A stretch of 64,000 nt of DNA, taken from the NCBI RefSeq assembly GCF_001447785.1, contig NW_015165236.1, positions 1,367,998 through 1,431,997 of the forward strand, given 5' to 3'. This stretch comes from Gekko japonicus (Eukaryota). Of this stretch, positions 13,101 to 24,253 are shown piece by piece. The notes beneath the pieces were generated by a model, which was not told the origin of the DNA, did no database searches, and worked only from the letters and a program-made list of their open reading frames with translations. Numbering within the stretch: the first letter of the stretch is position 1; each line of letters opens with the position of its first letter. The translations under genes and the position numbers were made by a program.

Positions 13101-15658
13101 TTGGTGAGGAAGCCTTTTTAAAAAATGCAATAACTTGAGATAAGAGAAGAGGACACGAGAACAATCTCCCAGGAGCCGTCAGGTTTGAGCTCTGTAGGGA
13201 ACTGCGTGGAATGAGTGCCACCTAGTGGCCAGAACCAACAGTTAGCTTCATATACAAATCCCACTCGACTTGTGCATCGTTCTTTGGGACTCTGCACATC
13301 TCCCAGCTCTGAAAATTCCCCTGCAGGAAGTGGCTGCAGCTAATCAGTAGCCTAGCCCTGGGCATTTCTGCATTCATTGCAAACTTCAAAGATCGTGAAA
13401 AAAGCAAATTAAATGTTCTTTGGCAAGGCTCGTGTGTCCATTGTATGCCCGTTGTACAGTAACCTGCGACTGCCTTCTTCTGTCCTTATAGCTATTGGAC
13501 AACTCCAAGATGAAGCAAAATAGTGAAGGTGCCACAAACACTATTAACACATGGAATTCACTGCCACAGGAGGTGGTGGCCCCTACAAGCATGGACGGCT
13601 TCAAGAGGGAATTGGATAAGCATATGGAGCAGAGGTCCATCCGTGGCTATGAGCCACAAGGTATAGAGAGGAACTATCCGGCTGGGGCAAGGGATGCTCT
13701 GTATTCTTGGTGCTTGTGGGGGGGGGCAACATTGGGAGGGCTTCCAGTGTCCTGGCCCCACTGGTGGACCTCCTGGTGGCACCTGGTAGTTTTGGCCCCT
13801 GTATGACACAGAGTGTTGGACTGGATGGGCCATTGGCCGGATCCAACATTGGCTTATGTTCTTGTGGATAAGCATATGGAGCAGAGGTCCATCAGTGGCT
13901 CTTAGCCACAAGGTACAGATAGAAACCCTCAGTCTGGGGCAAGGGATGCTCTGTATTCTTGGTGCTTGGGGGGGGGGCAACAGTGGGAGGGCTCCTAGTG
14001 TCCTGGCCCCACTGCTGGACCTCCTGATGGGGTTTCTGGCCCCTGTGTGCCACAGAGTGTTGGACTGGATGGGCCACTGGTCTGATCCAACGTTGGCTTC
14101 TCTTACGTTCTCATGTCTCCTCCCAGCCCCCACTTGAAACATATTTTTAAAAATCCATATAAACATATAAAAATTCTGCAGTATGAGAGGTTTCTATCTC
14201 TGGTCAGCTAAAAGGCTAGAAAACAATTCCCAGAAATGTTTCCGCGGGAATCCGCTCACCTGTACAAACACCTGAACACCTGGCAAGGTCAGGGCAGGGC
14301 CGTGCGGCGTTTTAAGGGAATTGCGCAGGTGGACTTTCTCCACAGGAGAAGGAGCAAGAAAGGTAGAGAGGCCTCTCCGAAGAGGTTGGGGTTGCCAACC
14401 GGTGGGGGGGAGGACAGGGTGGCCAGATGCAGGAACCCCTGGAGACTTGGGGATGGAGCCTGGGGGGACAGGGGCCCCCTCAATGGGATAGGATGCTGCA
14501 AAGTTCACCCTCCCAAGCAGCCATTGTCTGCAGGGGAACTGATCTCTATAGTCTGGACCAAGGCTCCCTCTAAGCTGTGGAGTCCTGTGAGCAAAAATTC
14601 TACTTTGCGAGCTACTGGCACTGAAGCTGTGAGCGAGCGATTTGGCTCCTGCATGAATTAGTTTGCTCTGGAGCCACATCCTTCCTGAGCAGAGACAGAA
14701 ATGCGTGAGCCGGAGGCTAAAAGACTGTGAGCTAGCTCACACTGACTCAGCTTAGGGGGAACACTGGCTGCAATGCTCCCTCTAAGCTGTGGAGTCCTGT
14801 GAGCAACAATTCTACTTTGTGAGCCTCTGGCATTCAAGTTGTGAGCGAGGGATTGGGCTATACTGCATAAATCAGTTTGCTCTGGAGCCACATCCTTCCT
14901 GAGCGAAGACAAAAACGTGTGAGCCGGAGGCTAAAAGACTGTGAGCGAGCTCACACCGACTCAGCTTGGAGGGAACACTGGTCTGGAGATGAGCGGCAAT
15001 TCCTGGGGATCCCCAGGTCCCCCCTGGAGGCTGGCATCCCAAGCAGAGGGGCAGACTTCATGTTTCCCAGCAGGGTCAGGCGCTTCTTTCGCTATCGGCA
15101 TTCGAGAAAGTCGGGCGATTCCAAGCCTCTTTGTTGTAAGAGATGGCTTCTCCCCGGGGCCAGGCCAGCAGAAGCCGCCGGTGCCTCAGTCGCTCCCCGT
15201 TCGCTAGGGCAGCCCGGCCAAGTCCTGAGCAGGAATTGCCTCCGGTTTGTTTGAGTGGGCACGAGGAAGGGTTTTGGTACGCTCGAGCAGGCACGGAGCC
15301 CAGGACCTGCCCCGGCCCCGGAACAGACAGTGGTGGGAACGGGTGACCCAGAAAGAAGGAATGGAACAGTCCCAAATCTTTTCCCCACCTCCACCTCCCC
15401 CCCCGGGCACACCCCAGACACAATTGTGTCTTTCATGACAGAAAAGTGGCCTTCAAAGAGGGAGGCCTGTGAGAAAACCCCTGCCGAAGGAATCACCTGC
15501 TGCAGACTCCTCACCTGCGCCAGGTAAGGCCGGCTGGCTCAGAAGGGCTTTCAGCTTGCAGGGTGGTGGGCAGAGCCAGCGCCTGGGACCTCCAAAGGCT
15601 GGGCTGCCATGACACCGGAGGGAGGGGAGGAGGTCAGAGGTCGGGGCATGCATGGGAC

Positions 15659-15866
15659 CAAGGCTCCCTCTGAGCTGTGGAGTCCTGTGAGCAAAAATTC
15701 TGCTTTGTGGGCTACCGGCATTAAAGTTGTGAGCAAGCGATTTGGCTCCTGCATGAATTAAGTTTGCTCTGGAGGCATCCTTCGTGAGTGGAGACAAAAA
15801 TGCATAAGCCGGAGGCTTAAAAAACTGTGAGCTAGCTCACACTAACTCAGCTTAGAGGGAACACTG
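15659..15866. mobile_element. hAT-type MITE family 1 (~207 bp, TIR CAGTGTTCCCTCTAAG)
   Basis: Perfect 8-bp TSD CATGGGAC. Other copies: 6588-7016, 14559-14980 (dimer), 16245-16453 (TSD AGCTAGAC), 17082-17289, 22068-22273 (TSD CCTTCTGC), 23874-24082, 25663-26196, 26223-26430, 27140-27345 (TSD GTGGGCAC), 42803-43009, 45022-45228, 45538-45751, 45784-45996, 55304-55515. Confidence 0.9.
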
Positions 15867-16986
15867 CATGGGACGCAGGAGCAGGTGGCTGTCCGGGGAT
15901 GGAAGGGCTCTCCCTCCTTGCTCTGCCTGCACCTGCTCAACGGAGTCCGACTCCTTTTCCTCCTGGGCCTTTCTTCCGATCCTGCGGTTCACCTGCCAAT
16001 GGGAGCTGTTCAGCTGCCCAGTTCTTCACTAGAGAGGACTTGAGTCTGAAAGTCTCACGCAGTCGTACCTCTGGGATGAGACGTTAAGTGCTAACAAGTA
16101 TTATCGAAATGTGAAGGGTCCAACGCTGGGTTATTGAGGCTTACACATTGCCAAAGCACTTGGGAAGGGCTTCTCCTCGTCTCCCCATCTTGAGCTGACC
16201 GACGTGGCCACGTGGATCCTGCCACAGCAACATTGCAGCTAGACCAGTGTTCCCTCTAAGCTGAGTCAGTGTGAGCTAGCTGACAGTTTTTTAGCCTCCG
16301 GCTCACACGTTTTTGTCTTAGCTCAGGAAGGAGGGCTCCCGAGCAAACTGATTCATGCAGGAGCCGCATTGCTCGCTCACAACTTTAATGCCAATAGTAG
16401 CTCACAAAGTAGAATTCTTGCTCTCAAGATTCCATGGCTTAGAGGGAACATTGAGCTAGACTGTTGCCACGCACTCATCGTGGGCCTGCCCGCAAAGGCC
16501 GCTTGGAGAGTGCAGTGGGTACAGAACGGCACAGCCGATGTACTATCTGGTGCTCCTAGGCAGAGTAAGCACACTCCATATATTTTGCAATCAGTTACCC
16601 ATTAGATTCCAGATGCAGTCCAAGGTACTGGTTGCTACTTAGAAAGTCCGTCAGGGTCTAGCGCCCACGGGCCTCCAGGACAGCCTCTCTCAATGGGCTC
16701 CTCTGAGCAATGTCTTTGGAAAGTCCAGCCCTGCAAATGGGCAAAATCAACCGCTAGCCATACGGGGGCATTCTCTGTTGTTCTGGTTCCCACCCCCTCC
16801 AGGAATGGGCCCCTGCCGAGGTTCAGCCTGGCTCCAGCGCTCATCACTCCACAGAAGGTGTAAAATGGAAACATTCAGGAGGGTATTTTTTATCAAAGGA
16901 ATGGGGCTGTGGCTTTCATTCTCGGGGGGGGGGGGATAGCTAGTTTTCCTTCTCCCTTTTCCCTGGCACTGCACTGTGCGTTGGAT

Positions 16987-17580
16987 GTTGTTGCTGTTCA
17001 GTCGCACAGTCGGGTCTGACTCTTCGCGACCCTGTGGACCACATCACGCCAGGCCCTCCTGTCTTCCGCCGTCCTCTGGAGCAATGCTCCCTCTAAGCTG
17101 TGGAGTCTTGTGAGCAAAAATTCTACTTTGTGAGCCACTGGCATTAAGGTTGTGAGCGAGCAATTTGGCTCCTGCATCAATTAGTCTGCTCTGGAGCCCC
17201 ATCCTTCCTGAGCCAAGACAAAAATGCGTGAGCTGGAGGCTAAAAAACTGTGAGCTAGCTCACACGAACTGAGCTTAGAGGGAACACTGCGTCCAGAGCT
17301 TGCCCAACTCCATGCCCGTTGCCTCGATCACACTGTCCGACCACCTCATCCTTTGCCGCCCCCTTCTCCTTTGGCCTTCAGTCTTTCCCAGCATCGGGGT
17401 CTTCTCCAGTGAGGGCTCCCTTCTCCTTTGGTGGCCAAAGTATTTGAGCTTCAGTCTCTGGCCTTCCAGGGAACAGTCAGGGTTGATTTCTTTTAGGACT
17501 GACTGATTCAATCTCCTTGCAGTCCAAGGAGGGACTCTCAAGAGTCTTCTCCAGCACCAGAATTCGAAAGCATCTGTTCT
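16987..17580 (-). mobile_element. Bov-B (RTE) LINE 3' fragment interrupted by a MITE (17082-17289)
   Basis: Minus translation LKLKYFGH..SLEKTPMLGKTEGQRRRGRQRMRW and WRDVVHRVAKSQTRL; CTGAA/CAA tail. Confidence 0.85.
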
Positions 17581-18045
17581 TACATCTTTAGGTCATTATT
17601 CTCTACTTGTGTCACCCAATTTCTCTGCATTCTTGTACGTACCAGACTGGTCTTTATTATGTGGGTGTATAAAGTGCCGTCAAGTCGCAACTGATTTCTG
17701 GCAACGCCAGCAAGGGTCTTTCGAGACCAGTGAGAAGAAGCAGAGGTGGTTTGCCCTTGCCTTCCCCTGCGGAGCCTTCCTTGGCGGTCTCCCTTCCGAG
17801 TACAGACCCTGCTTAGCTTCCAGGATCCAATGAGGTCGGGCTATACCGTGCTGTCTTCCCTCCTGGTCTTTACCGTTTTATAATTGTGCTGATTAGTGAA
17901 GTTAAACAAACAAATGAACGGAAACCGGTGCAGCGGCGAACTTTAATTCCATGCCAGCCCCCCCGTCTTTTCCTCTATCAGAGGAACGGGGGTGGGGGGG
18001 AGCGACGGCCCATCTGATTCCTTCTCTCCCCGCAGGATCGGGGCC

Positions 18046-18192
18046 ATGAAGTCCACGCTGCTCCTGGCCTTGCTCACTGCGGTTCACCTCCTGCCGGATT
18101 CTGCCCTCTCCTTGCGCATTAGCGCGTTCAACATCAGGACCTTCGGGGACAGCAAAATGTCCAACGAGACCATCGGCAACATCATTGTCCAA
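18046..18192 (+). CDS. DNASE1: DNase I-family gene, coding exon 1 (signal peptide + LRISAFNIRTFGDSKMSN...IIVQ)
   Basis: Acceptor ccccgcag at 18035, GCCATG start, hydrophobic signal peptide, DNase I N-terminal motif AFNIxxFG, donor GTGAGT at 18193. DNASE1 vs DNASE1L2 orthology not fully resolvable by eye. Confidence 0.9.
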
Positions 18193-18929
18193 GTGAGTTA
18201 ACTTGATGGGGGGGGGGCTTTTTGGCAGGGCTATTTTTGGGCAGGAACGCACAGGAACGGAGCTCCGGCTGGCTCCCGAGTTGGCCACGCCCAGCAGGAA
18301 CTCATTAGCATAACAGGCCACACCCAACAGCAGGAACTCATCAGAATTGGCTACATTAGGGGTGTGTGGCCTAACATGCAAAGGAGTTCCTGCTACAAAA
18401 AAGCCCTGAGTAAACCGAATAAGAAGCAAAAGGTGGGTGTGGCTGGATGAGCACACTTCTGGTAACATGGGGGTGCGGCCTAATGCGCTAATGAGCTGTG
18501 GTGTCAGGGGGTGTGGCCCAATATGCTAATGAGTTCCTGCTGTTGGGTGTGGCCTATTATGCTAATGAGTTCCTGCTGGGCTTTATCTACCAAAAAAGCC
18601 CTGCTTTTTGGGAAGAGGTGCTTGTCAATTATGGGGCTCAAAAAGGCTTCTGGGCAGGGCTTTCCAAATGGACAGCTAGAAATTGGTTAAAAAGTGACGA
18701 AACGCAAGAGGTAGAAATGTGTGAGAGCTCCGCCAACGAGATAAGAATGGCCTTTGTGCTTGAGGTGACCCTATAAGACCCCAAAGGTTTTCCAGACTCT
18801 CGAAGATGCTGGTCAGGTCCCCTGGAAATAAAAACTTAAACAATTTTTTTTATCAACTCCAAATCAAATTTATATGCTGCTTTTGTCCGTAAACGAACTC
18901 CCAGACTGTAGCCCAACACTTCAGCCACT

Positions 18930-19625
18930 AAAAAAGAGCCAGAGTTCGGTAGCACCTTCAAGACTAACACAATTTGTGGCAGGGTAGGAGCTTTCGTGAG
19001 TCACGGCTCACTTCTTCAGATACAGATAGAATGGGGCTCCATTGGCCCTTGTATCTTGGACAGTGGAGTGGTTTCAGATGCTGAATGACAACAGCAGGTG
19101 AATGACAATAGCAGGCATGATTGGATTAGGTGTGATTATATAGAGGGGTTGTAGGTGTGGAGAAATCAGGACTGGTAATGAGACAGGAAACCTAGGTCTC
19201 TATTCAGCCCAGGAGGAGGCAGTTCTCCTACAAAGGCGTTTCAAAGAGATTAGAAAAGAGAGACTGCTCAGTTGCAACTGATAATGAAGCTCAAGACCTT
19301 CTGGACTGAATTGAGACCTCCTGGACTGAATTGAGACCTCGGCTTCCTGCCTCATTACCCAAGCTGATTTCTCCATGCCTGCCACCCCTCTGCATATCAC
19401 ACCTAATCCAGTCATGCCTGCTATCGTCAATCACCCGCTATTGCCATCTGAAATCGCTCCACTCTCCAAGACATAAGGGCAGCTGGACTCACACGCCAGC
19501 CGTATCTGAAGAAGTGAGCGGTGCTTTGCGAAAGCTCCTACCCTGGCACAAATTGTGTTAGTCTTGAAGGTGCTCCTGGGCTCTGGCTCTTTTCTTCCTG
19601 TTACAGAGAGACTGACATGGCCACT
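18930..19625. mobile_element. Penelope-like inverted element with hammerhead motifs in both arms (18984-19023 minus, 19502-19541 plus)
   Basis: Long inverted arms; GTATCTGAAGAAGTGAGC..GAAAGCTCCTAC motif; centre resembles a decayed GIY-YIG C-terminus (..LQLIMKLKT..GLN). Confidence 0.7.
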
Positions 19626-19806
19626 CATGCACCCCACTGGCCACTGCGCCTCGCTTTGATCCACCCTGCTTACAATCGCTCCCCCACCCCACAGTACGGC
19701 TTTAAGGTGCAAAAGAGACTCCACTTCCTCGCCCGCTGTTCCTCTCCTTCCGCGCCTGGGGCTCAAGGCTTGCGGGGGTCTCTTTCTCTGATTTGTTTCC
19801 CTCCAG

Positions 19807-19895
19807 ATTGTGTCCACGTACGACCTCGTCCTGATCCAGGAGGTCCGAGACGCTGATCTGAGCGCAGTCAAGAAGCTGATGAGCCTCCTCAACGG
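19807..19895 (+). CDS. DNASE1: DNase I-family coding exon 2 (IVSTYDLVLIQEVRDADLSAVKKLMSLLNG)
   Basis: AG/GT boundaries, 89 nt, QEVRD motif containing E39, phase-compatible with neighbours. Confidence 0.92.
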
Positions 19896-20058
19896 GTCTG
19901 TTGTGCACATCCCAGTCCTGGCAGGGCGGCAAAGTGAGGGGGGAAGGGGGGGCCACAAGACCCTCTTTCTCCTTCGCTCCTTTGTTTTTAAAAGTCAGAA
20001 ACGCGACACCTTCTTTCTGCACTGCTGAGTTTGGCGCAGTGCTTCTTTCTGCACTGCT

Positions 20059-20384
20059 GAGTTTGGCACAGTGGCTAAGAGCGGTGGACTCTAATTTGGG
20101 AGAACCAGGTTTGATTCCCCACTCCTCTACTTGCAGCTGCTGGTGTGACCTTGGGTCAGTCACAAGTTCTCTCAGAGCTGTTTTTGGAACAGAGCAGTTT
20201 CTGTCAAGAGCTCTCTCAGCCCCACCGACCTCACAGGGTGTCTGTCCTGGGGAGGGGGAGGGAGAGGAGTCTGTAAGCCGCTCTGAGACTCCTTCGGGTA
20301 GTAAAGGGCCATGGGGTATAAATCCAATCTCCTCCTCCTCTTCTTCTCTTTCTCCTCCTCTTCTCCTCCTCCTCCTCCTCCTCA
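20059..20384 (+). mobile_element. tRNA-derived SINE (Squam3-like) with (CTC/CTT)n tail abutting DNase exon 3
   Basis: A/B boxes, conserved body, GGGTATAAATCCAAT + pyrimidine tail. Other copies: ~6737-6968, 11130-11358(-), 12135-12415, 12521-12812, 33966-34260, 34587-34885(-), 41359-41637, 54162-54447, 60925-61207(-). Confidence 0.85.
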
Positions 20385-20385
20385 G

Positions 20386-20469
20386 GGTGTCAGCAGATAA
20401 GTACAGCTATGTGGTCAGCCCGCCCTTGGGACGAAGCAGCTACAAGGAGCAGTACCTCTTCATTTACAG
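20386..20469 (+). CDS. DNASE1: DNase I-family coding exon 3 (VSADKYSYVVSPPLGRSSYKEQYLFIYR)
   Basis: AG/GT, 84 nt, LGRxSYKE motif. Confidence 0.92.
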
Positions 20470-21337
20470 GTGGGCCTGGGCGCAGAAGGAGGCGGGGGGG
20501 GGGATGGAGTAAGCACCACTGATACTTTAGCCTGTGAAGCTCCACGTGTGCATCCGCCCAGCCCGCACATATTCCCTGTTCAGACCTTCCCCGGCCTTCG
20601 CCCCTCGCCTGCCTCCCCTCATCTAGACGACAGCCCCTTCCCGTCCCCAGGCTTGGCTTGCCAACCTCCAGGGGGCAGCTGGAGATCTCCCGCTTATTAC
20701 AATCGACATCCAGATGACAGAGATCAGTTCCCCTGGGGGGAATGGCTGCTTTGGAAGGGTGGGCTTGGAGACACTGCGCCTCGCTGAGGTCCCTCCTTCC
20801 CTCTCAAGACGATGCCCTCCTGCCCTGACCTGGATCTATAGCCCAGGCAAGCCCAATCTCGCCAGATCTCGGAAGCCAAGCAGGGCCGACCCTGGGAAAT
20901 ACTTGGATGGGGAACCTCCAAGGAATACCAGGGCTGGGCGGCAGGGGCAGGCAACATCAGGCTGCTTCTCTGAACGGCCTCCGTGCCCCAGGAGGAGTCG
21001 CCGTGGCTTCCTGGCACGGGCACACATACACACTGGCACACATACGTGCAGACATGCGTGCCCACGCACAAAATGCAAAAGTACTCCCCGGGCTCCATCC
21101 CCAACATCTCTAGGTATTTCCCGCCCCATAGCTGGCAACCCTACCCTGTACCCCAGTGGAGGGGCTCCCCCAGCCTCCCCGCTGCCTTCTGCTGCCCCTG
21201 TGCCACTTGGGCCTCTCCCTGTCTTCCCACCCCCCACCGTCCCTCAACCCCCTCCACCACCACGACCCCGTGATGCCAGTCCAAAAGACCCAAGAGATGG
21301 CATTGAGCTGCCGCCGCCGCCGCTTCTCTCTGCGCAG

Positions 21338-21453
21338 GGAGGGCCAGGGCTCGGTGGTGGACACGTACCTGTACGACGACGGGTGTGAGCCCTGCGGCAA
21401 TGACACCTTCAGCCGGGAGCCTTTTGTGGTGAAGTTTGAAGCTCCTGGGACTG
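21338..21453 (+). CDS. DNASE1: DNase I-family coding exon 4 (EGQGSVVDTYLYDDGCEPCGNDTFSREPFVVKFEAPGT)
   Basis: AG/GTAAG, 116 nt, DDGCEPCGND loop typical of DNase I. Confidence 0.93.
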
Positions 21454-21565
21454 GTAAGGGCCATGCGCCCCCCTGCCCCCCCCCCGGCCGCTCTTGGCCT
21501 CTCTCAAGGAGAACCAGAGAGCTTTTGTTGGGTAGCCAAGCGTCCCCCTCTTTCTGTCACCACAG

Positions 21566-21678
21566 AGGTGAAGGAGCTGGCGCTGGTCCCCCTGCACACT
21601 GCGCCCAGCGAAGCCGTGGCAGAGATCGACGCCCTCTACGACGTCTACCGGGATGTGATCAGCAAGTGGGGGACCCAC
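21566..21678 (+). CDS. DNASE1: DNase I-family coding exon 5 (EVKELALVPLHTAPSEAVAEIDALYDVYRDVISKWGTH)
   Basis: AG/GTAAG, 113 nt, catalytic His134 in VPLH. Confidence 0.93.
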
Positions 21679-22445
21679 GTAAGCCGCTCCGGGGCCCGGC
21701 CGGGGGCCAGCTGCTGCGCCGTTGGAATGCTGGACCTGATGGGCCCGATCCGGCTCTTCTGACATTTTTTTGCTTCTCTGCGGCAACTTGCACAGCCCCC
21801 CCCCCCCGGTGTGTGCCAGCCAGGGAATGGGCAGCAGCGTGCTCAGAGATTCCGCCCCGAACCATGCCCAGGAAGCGGCCTGAATGCCGGGCAGTGGCAG
21901 GAATACGCTGGCAGTTCCCACGTTCTCCTGCGGTTCAGAGCCCGGCTGATTCCGCATTGACTTTTTCCTCCGTTGTTGTACAAAGTCCAGGTTGGAACGG
22001 GAACTCCCCTCTGCACTGCATGCCGCATTCACTTCCTTTGATTATCAGGTTTTATTGTACCTTCTGCCAATGCTCCCTCTAAGCTGTGGAGTCTTGTGAG
22101 CAAATTTTTTTCTTTGTGAGCCACTGGCATTAAAGTTGTGGGCGAGCAATTTGGCTGCTGCATAAATCAGTTTGCTCTGGAGCCCTCCTTCCTGAGCCAA
22201 GGCAAAAATGTGTGAGCCGGAGGCTAAGAAACTGTGAGCTAGCTCACACTCACTCAGCTTAGGGGGGACACTGCCTTCTGCATAGATTTATGGCTGTTTT
22301 ATGGCCATTCGGGGTGACTTTGCAGTCAGTAGGCCGTCGCCCCGAGGTATCTGAATGTGGTTTTGAGCGGCACTTTCCCCTCCTGGCTGAGAAAATGTGG
22401 AGTGAATGCTAGACGCAGAATCGCCCTCTGTTTGCTTCTTGGCAG

Positions 22446-22600
22446 GACGTGCTCTTCCTGGGGGATTTGAACGCCGACTGCTCCTACGTCCGCCCCGATG
22501 ACTGGCCTCACATCCGCCTGCGCACCAGCCGCGACTTCCAGTGGCTCATCCCGGACACAGTGGACACCACCGTGACGAGCACGGACTGCGCCTACGACAG
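22446..22600 (+). CDS. DNASE1: DNase I-family coding exon 6 (DVLFLGDLNADCSYV...TDCAYDR)
   Basis: AG/GTGAG, 155 nt, GDxNAxCSY and CAYDR motifs. Confidence 0.93.
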
Positions 22601-23548
22601 GTGAGCTGGGCCCCCGGGCCCCCAAAACTCTGCGGCAAAGGTTCCCGGCACACAGCTGCCTCCCTTAGAGGGGCAACAGAGAAAGGTGGAGGCTGGAGGT
22701 GCAAAATGCCCTTTTTACATCAATGGGCTGGATTCTCCCTGTGGCAAGCATGACTATTGTTTTAATGTGTTTTAATGTGTTCTAAATTTTATTGTATTTA
22801 CTGAAATGCTGTGACCCGCCCTAGAATCATAGAATGTTAGAGTTGGAAGGGACCTTGCAGGTCATCTCGTCCAACCCCCTGCACTCTGCAGGAGCACAGC
22901 CGAAAGATAGCCCTACAACATACCCGGAAGCTTTGCAGTTGCTAAACGTTTGTATAATGGGCCACCATGGATAGTAACTGCACAAATTCTCCAAATTATT
23001 CTGGTAACGAATATCACATATTTCAGGATGCATAAGAGAAAGCAACACCTGGCTCTAGCTTTCCACCCCCACACACACACCTGCAGCCTCTCCCGTGCTC
23101 TGAAGCCCTGACTTCTACGTCATATTGGCTGTCATGGGGGCCACCTCAGCAGCATATTACAGAGCCCACCATTTTCCCCAGGGGAACTGATCTCTGCCAT
23201 CTGGAAAGCAGTTGTAATTCTGAGGGATCTCCAGCCCTCACCTGGAGATTGGACACATTTTACCTCAGAACAGCAAACTGCTTAGAATGTTAGAGGCAAA
23301 AGCCAATCAAGTTGCATATGCAAACGACCTCTGTGTTCTGAGGCAAAGGCCAATGAGGCTGCATATGCAAATAACCTCTGTGTTCTGACTGGCTATGGGG
23401 GGGAGAGAGGACTCAGGCAAAGCAGCCAGTAGATAGGGAGACCCTCTGAATGACAGATCAGAGAGCTAACTGATTTTGGAGCGTGTGGATTGTTCTAGAG
23501 AAGTGCCACCACCATTCGGCTTTTATTTATAAGGGAGATAGGAATCTT

Positions 23549-23590
23549 GATCACTGAGGAAGGTCCGAAGGGGCCGAAACGCGTATGGTC
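23549..23590 (+). ncRNA. Minimal type I hammerhead ribozyme motif in DNase intron 6
   Basis: GATCA-CTGAGGA-A-GGTCC-GAAG-GGGCC-GAAACGCGTA-TGGTC; palindromic helix III ACGCGT. Confidence 0.7.
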
Positions 23591-24156
23591 TATTGGTCAA
23601 ATATTTTAACCCATCAATTGGACATGTATAATTATCAGCTCTGAATGTAATAAGCCTTAAGAGTCAGATATTTGGACTTTTTTTTTTAACCTTATGTATG
23701 TTTTATTTATGTGTACCCCATAATAAGTATTTGTCTTTTTATAAAAAATTTGTTAGCTTGACCCTCTTAGATCACAGCTACATTTTGGGTTGAGTCCCCC
23801 CCCTTTTTTCCTCGGTTTTCATCCCTCCCGTCAGCCACAGTCCCCCTCCTGAGTGTCTCCAATGGCTCCCCACCAGTGTTTCCTCTAAGCTGAGTTAGTG
23901 TGAGCCAGCTCACAGATTTTTAGCCTCCGGCTCACACATTTTTGTTTTAGCTCAGGAAGGAGGGCTCCAGAGCAAACTAATTTATGCAGTAGCCAAATTG
24001 CTCGCTCACAACTTTAATGCCGGTAGTAGCTCACAAAGCAGAATTTTTGCTCACAAGACTCCACAGCTTAGAGGGAGCATTGTTCCCCGCATATTTCTGG
24101 AGCAATCTTCTTTCCTTCTGGGCCTTCACGCTCCTCTTTTTCCATGGCGGCTGCAG

Positions 24157-24253
24157 GATTGTGGCGGCAGGGCCAAAATTGAGAGGCGGCACCGTGCCGG
24201 GGACAGCGCGAGTGAACGATTTCCAGAAGACCTTCGGCCTCAGCAACAAGGAC
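24157..24253 (+). CDS. DNASE1: DNase I-family coding exon 7 (IVAAGPKLRGGTVPGTARVNDFQKTFGLSNKD)
   Basis: AG/GTGAG, 97 nt, in phase. Confidence 0.9.

Noticed and set aside
20845-20935. 5S rRNA gene
   Set aside because: Diverged, lacks correct 5S termini and is dispersed in several copies: a 5S-derived SINE.
20714-22082. Long overlapping ORFs (224 aa, 308 aa) as separate genes
   Set aside because: GC-rich shadow frames and read-through across DNase exons 4-5.
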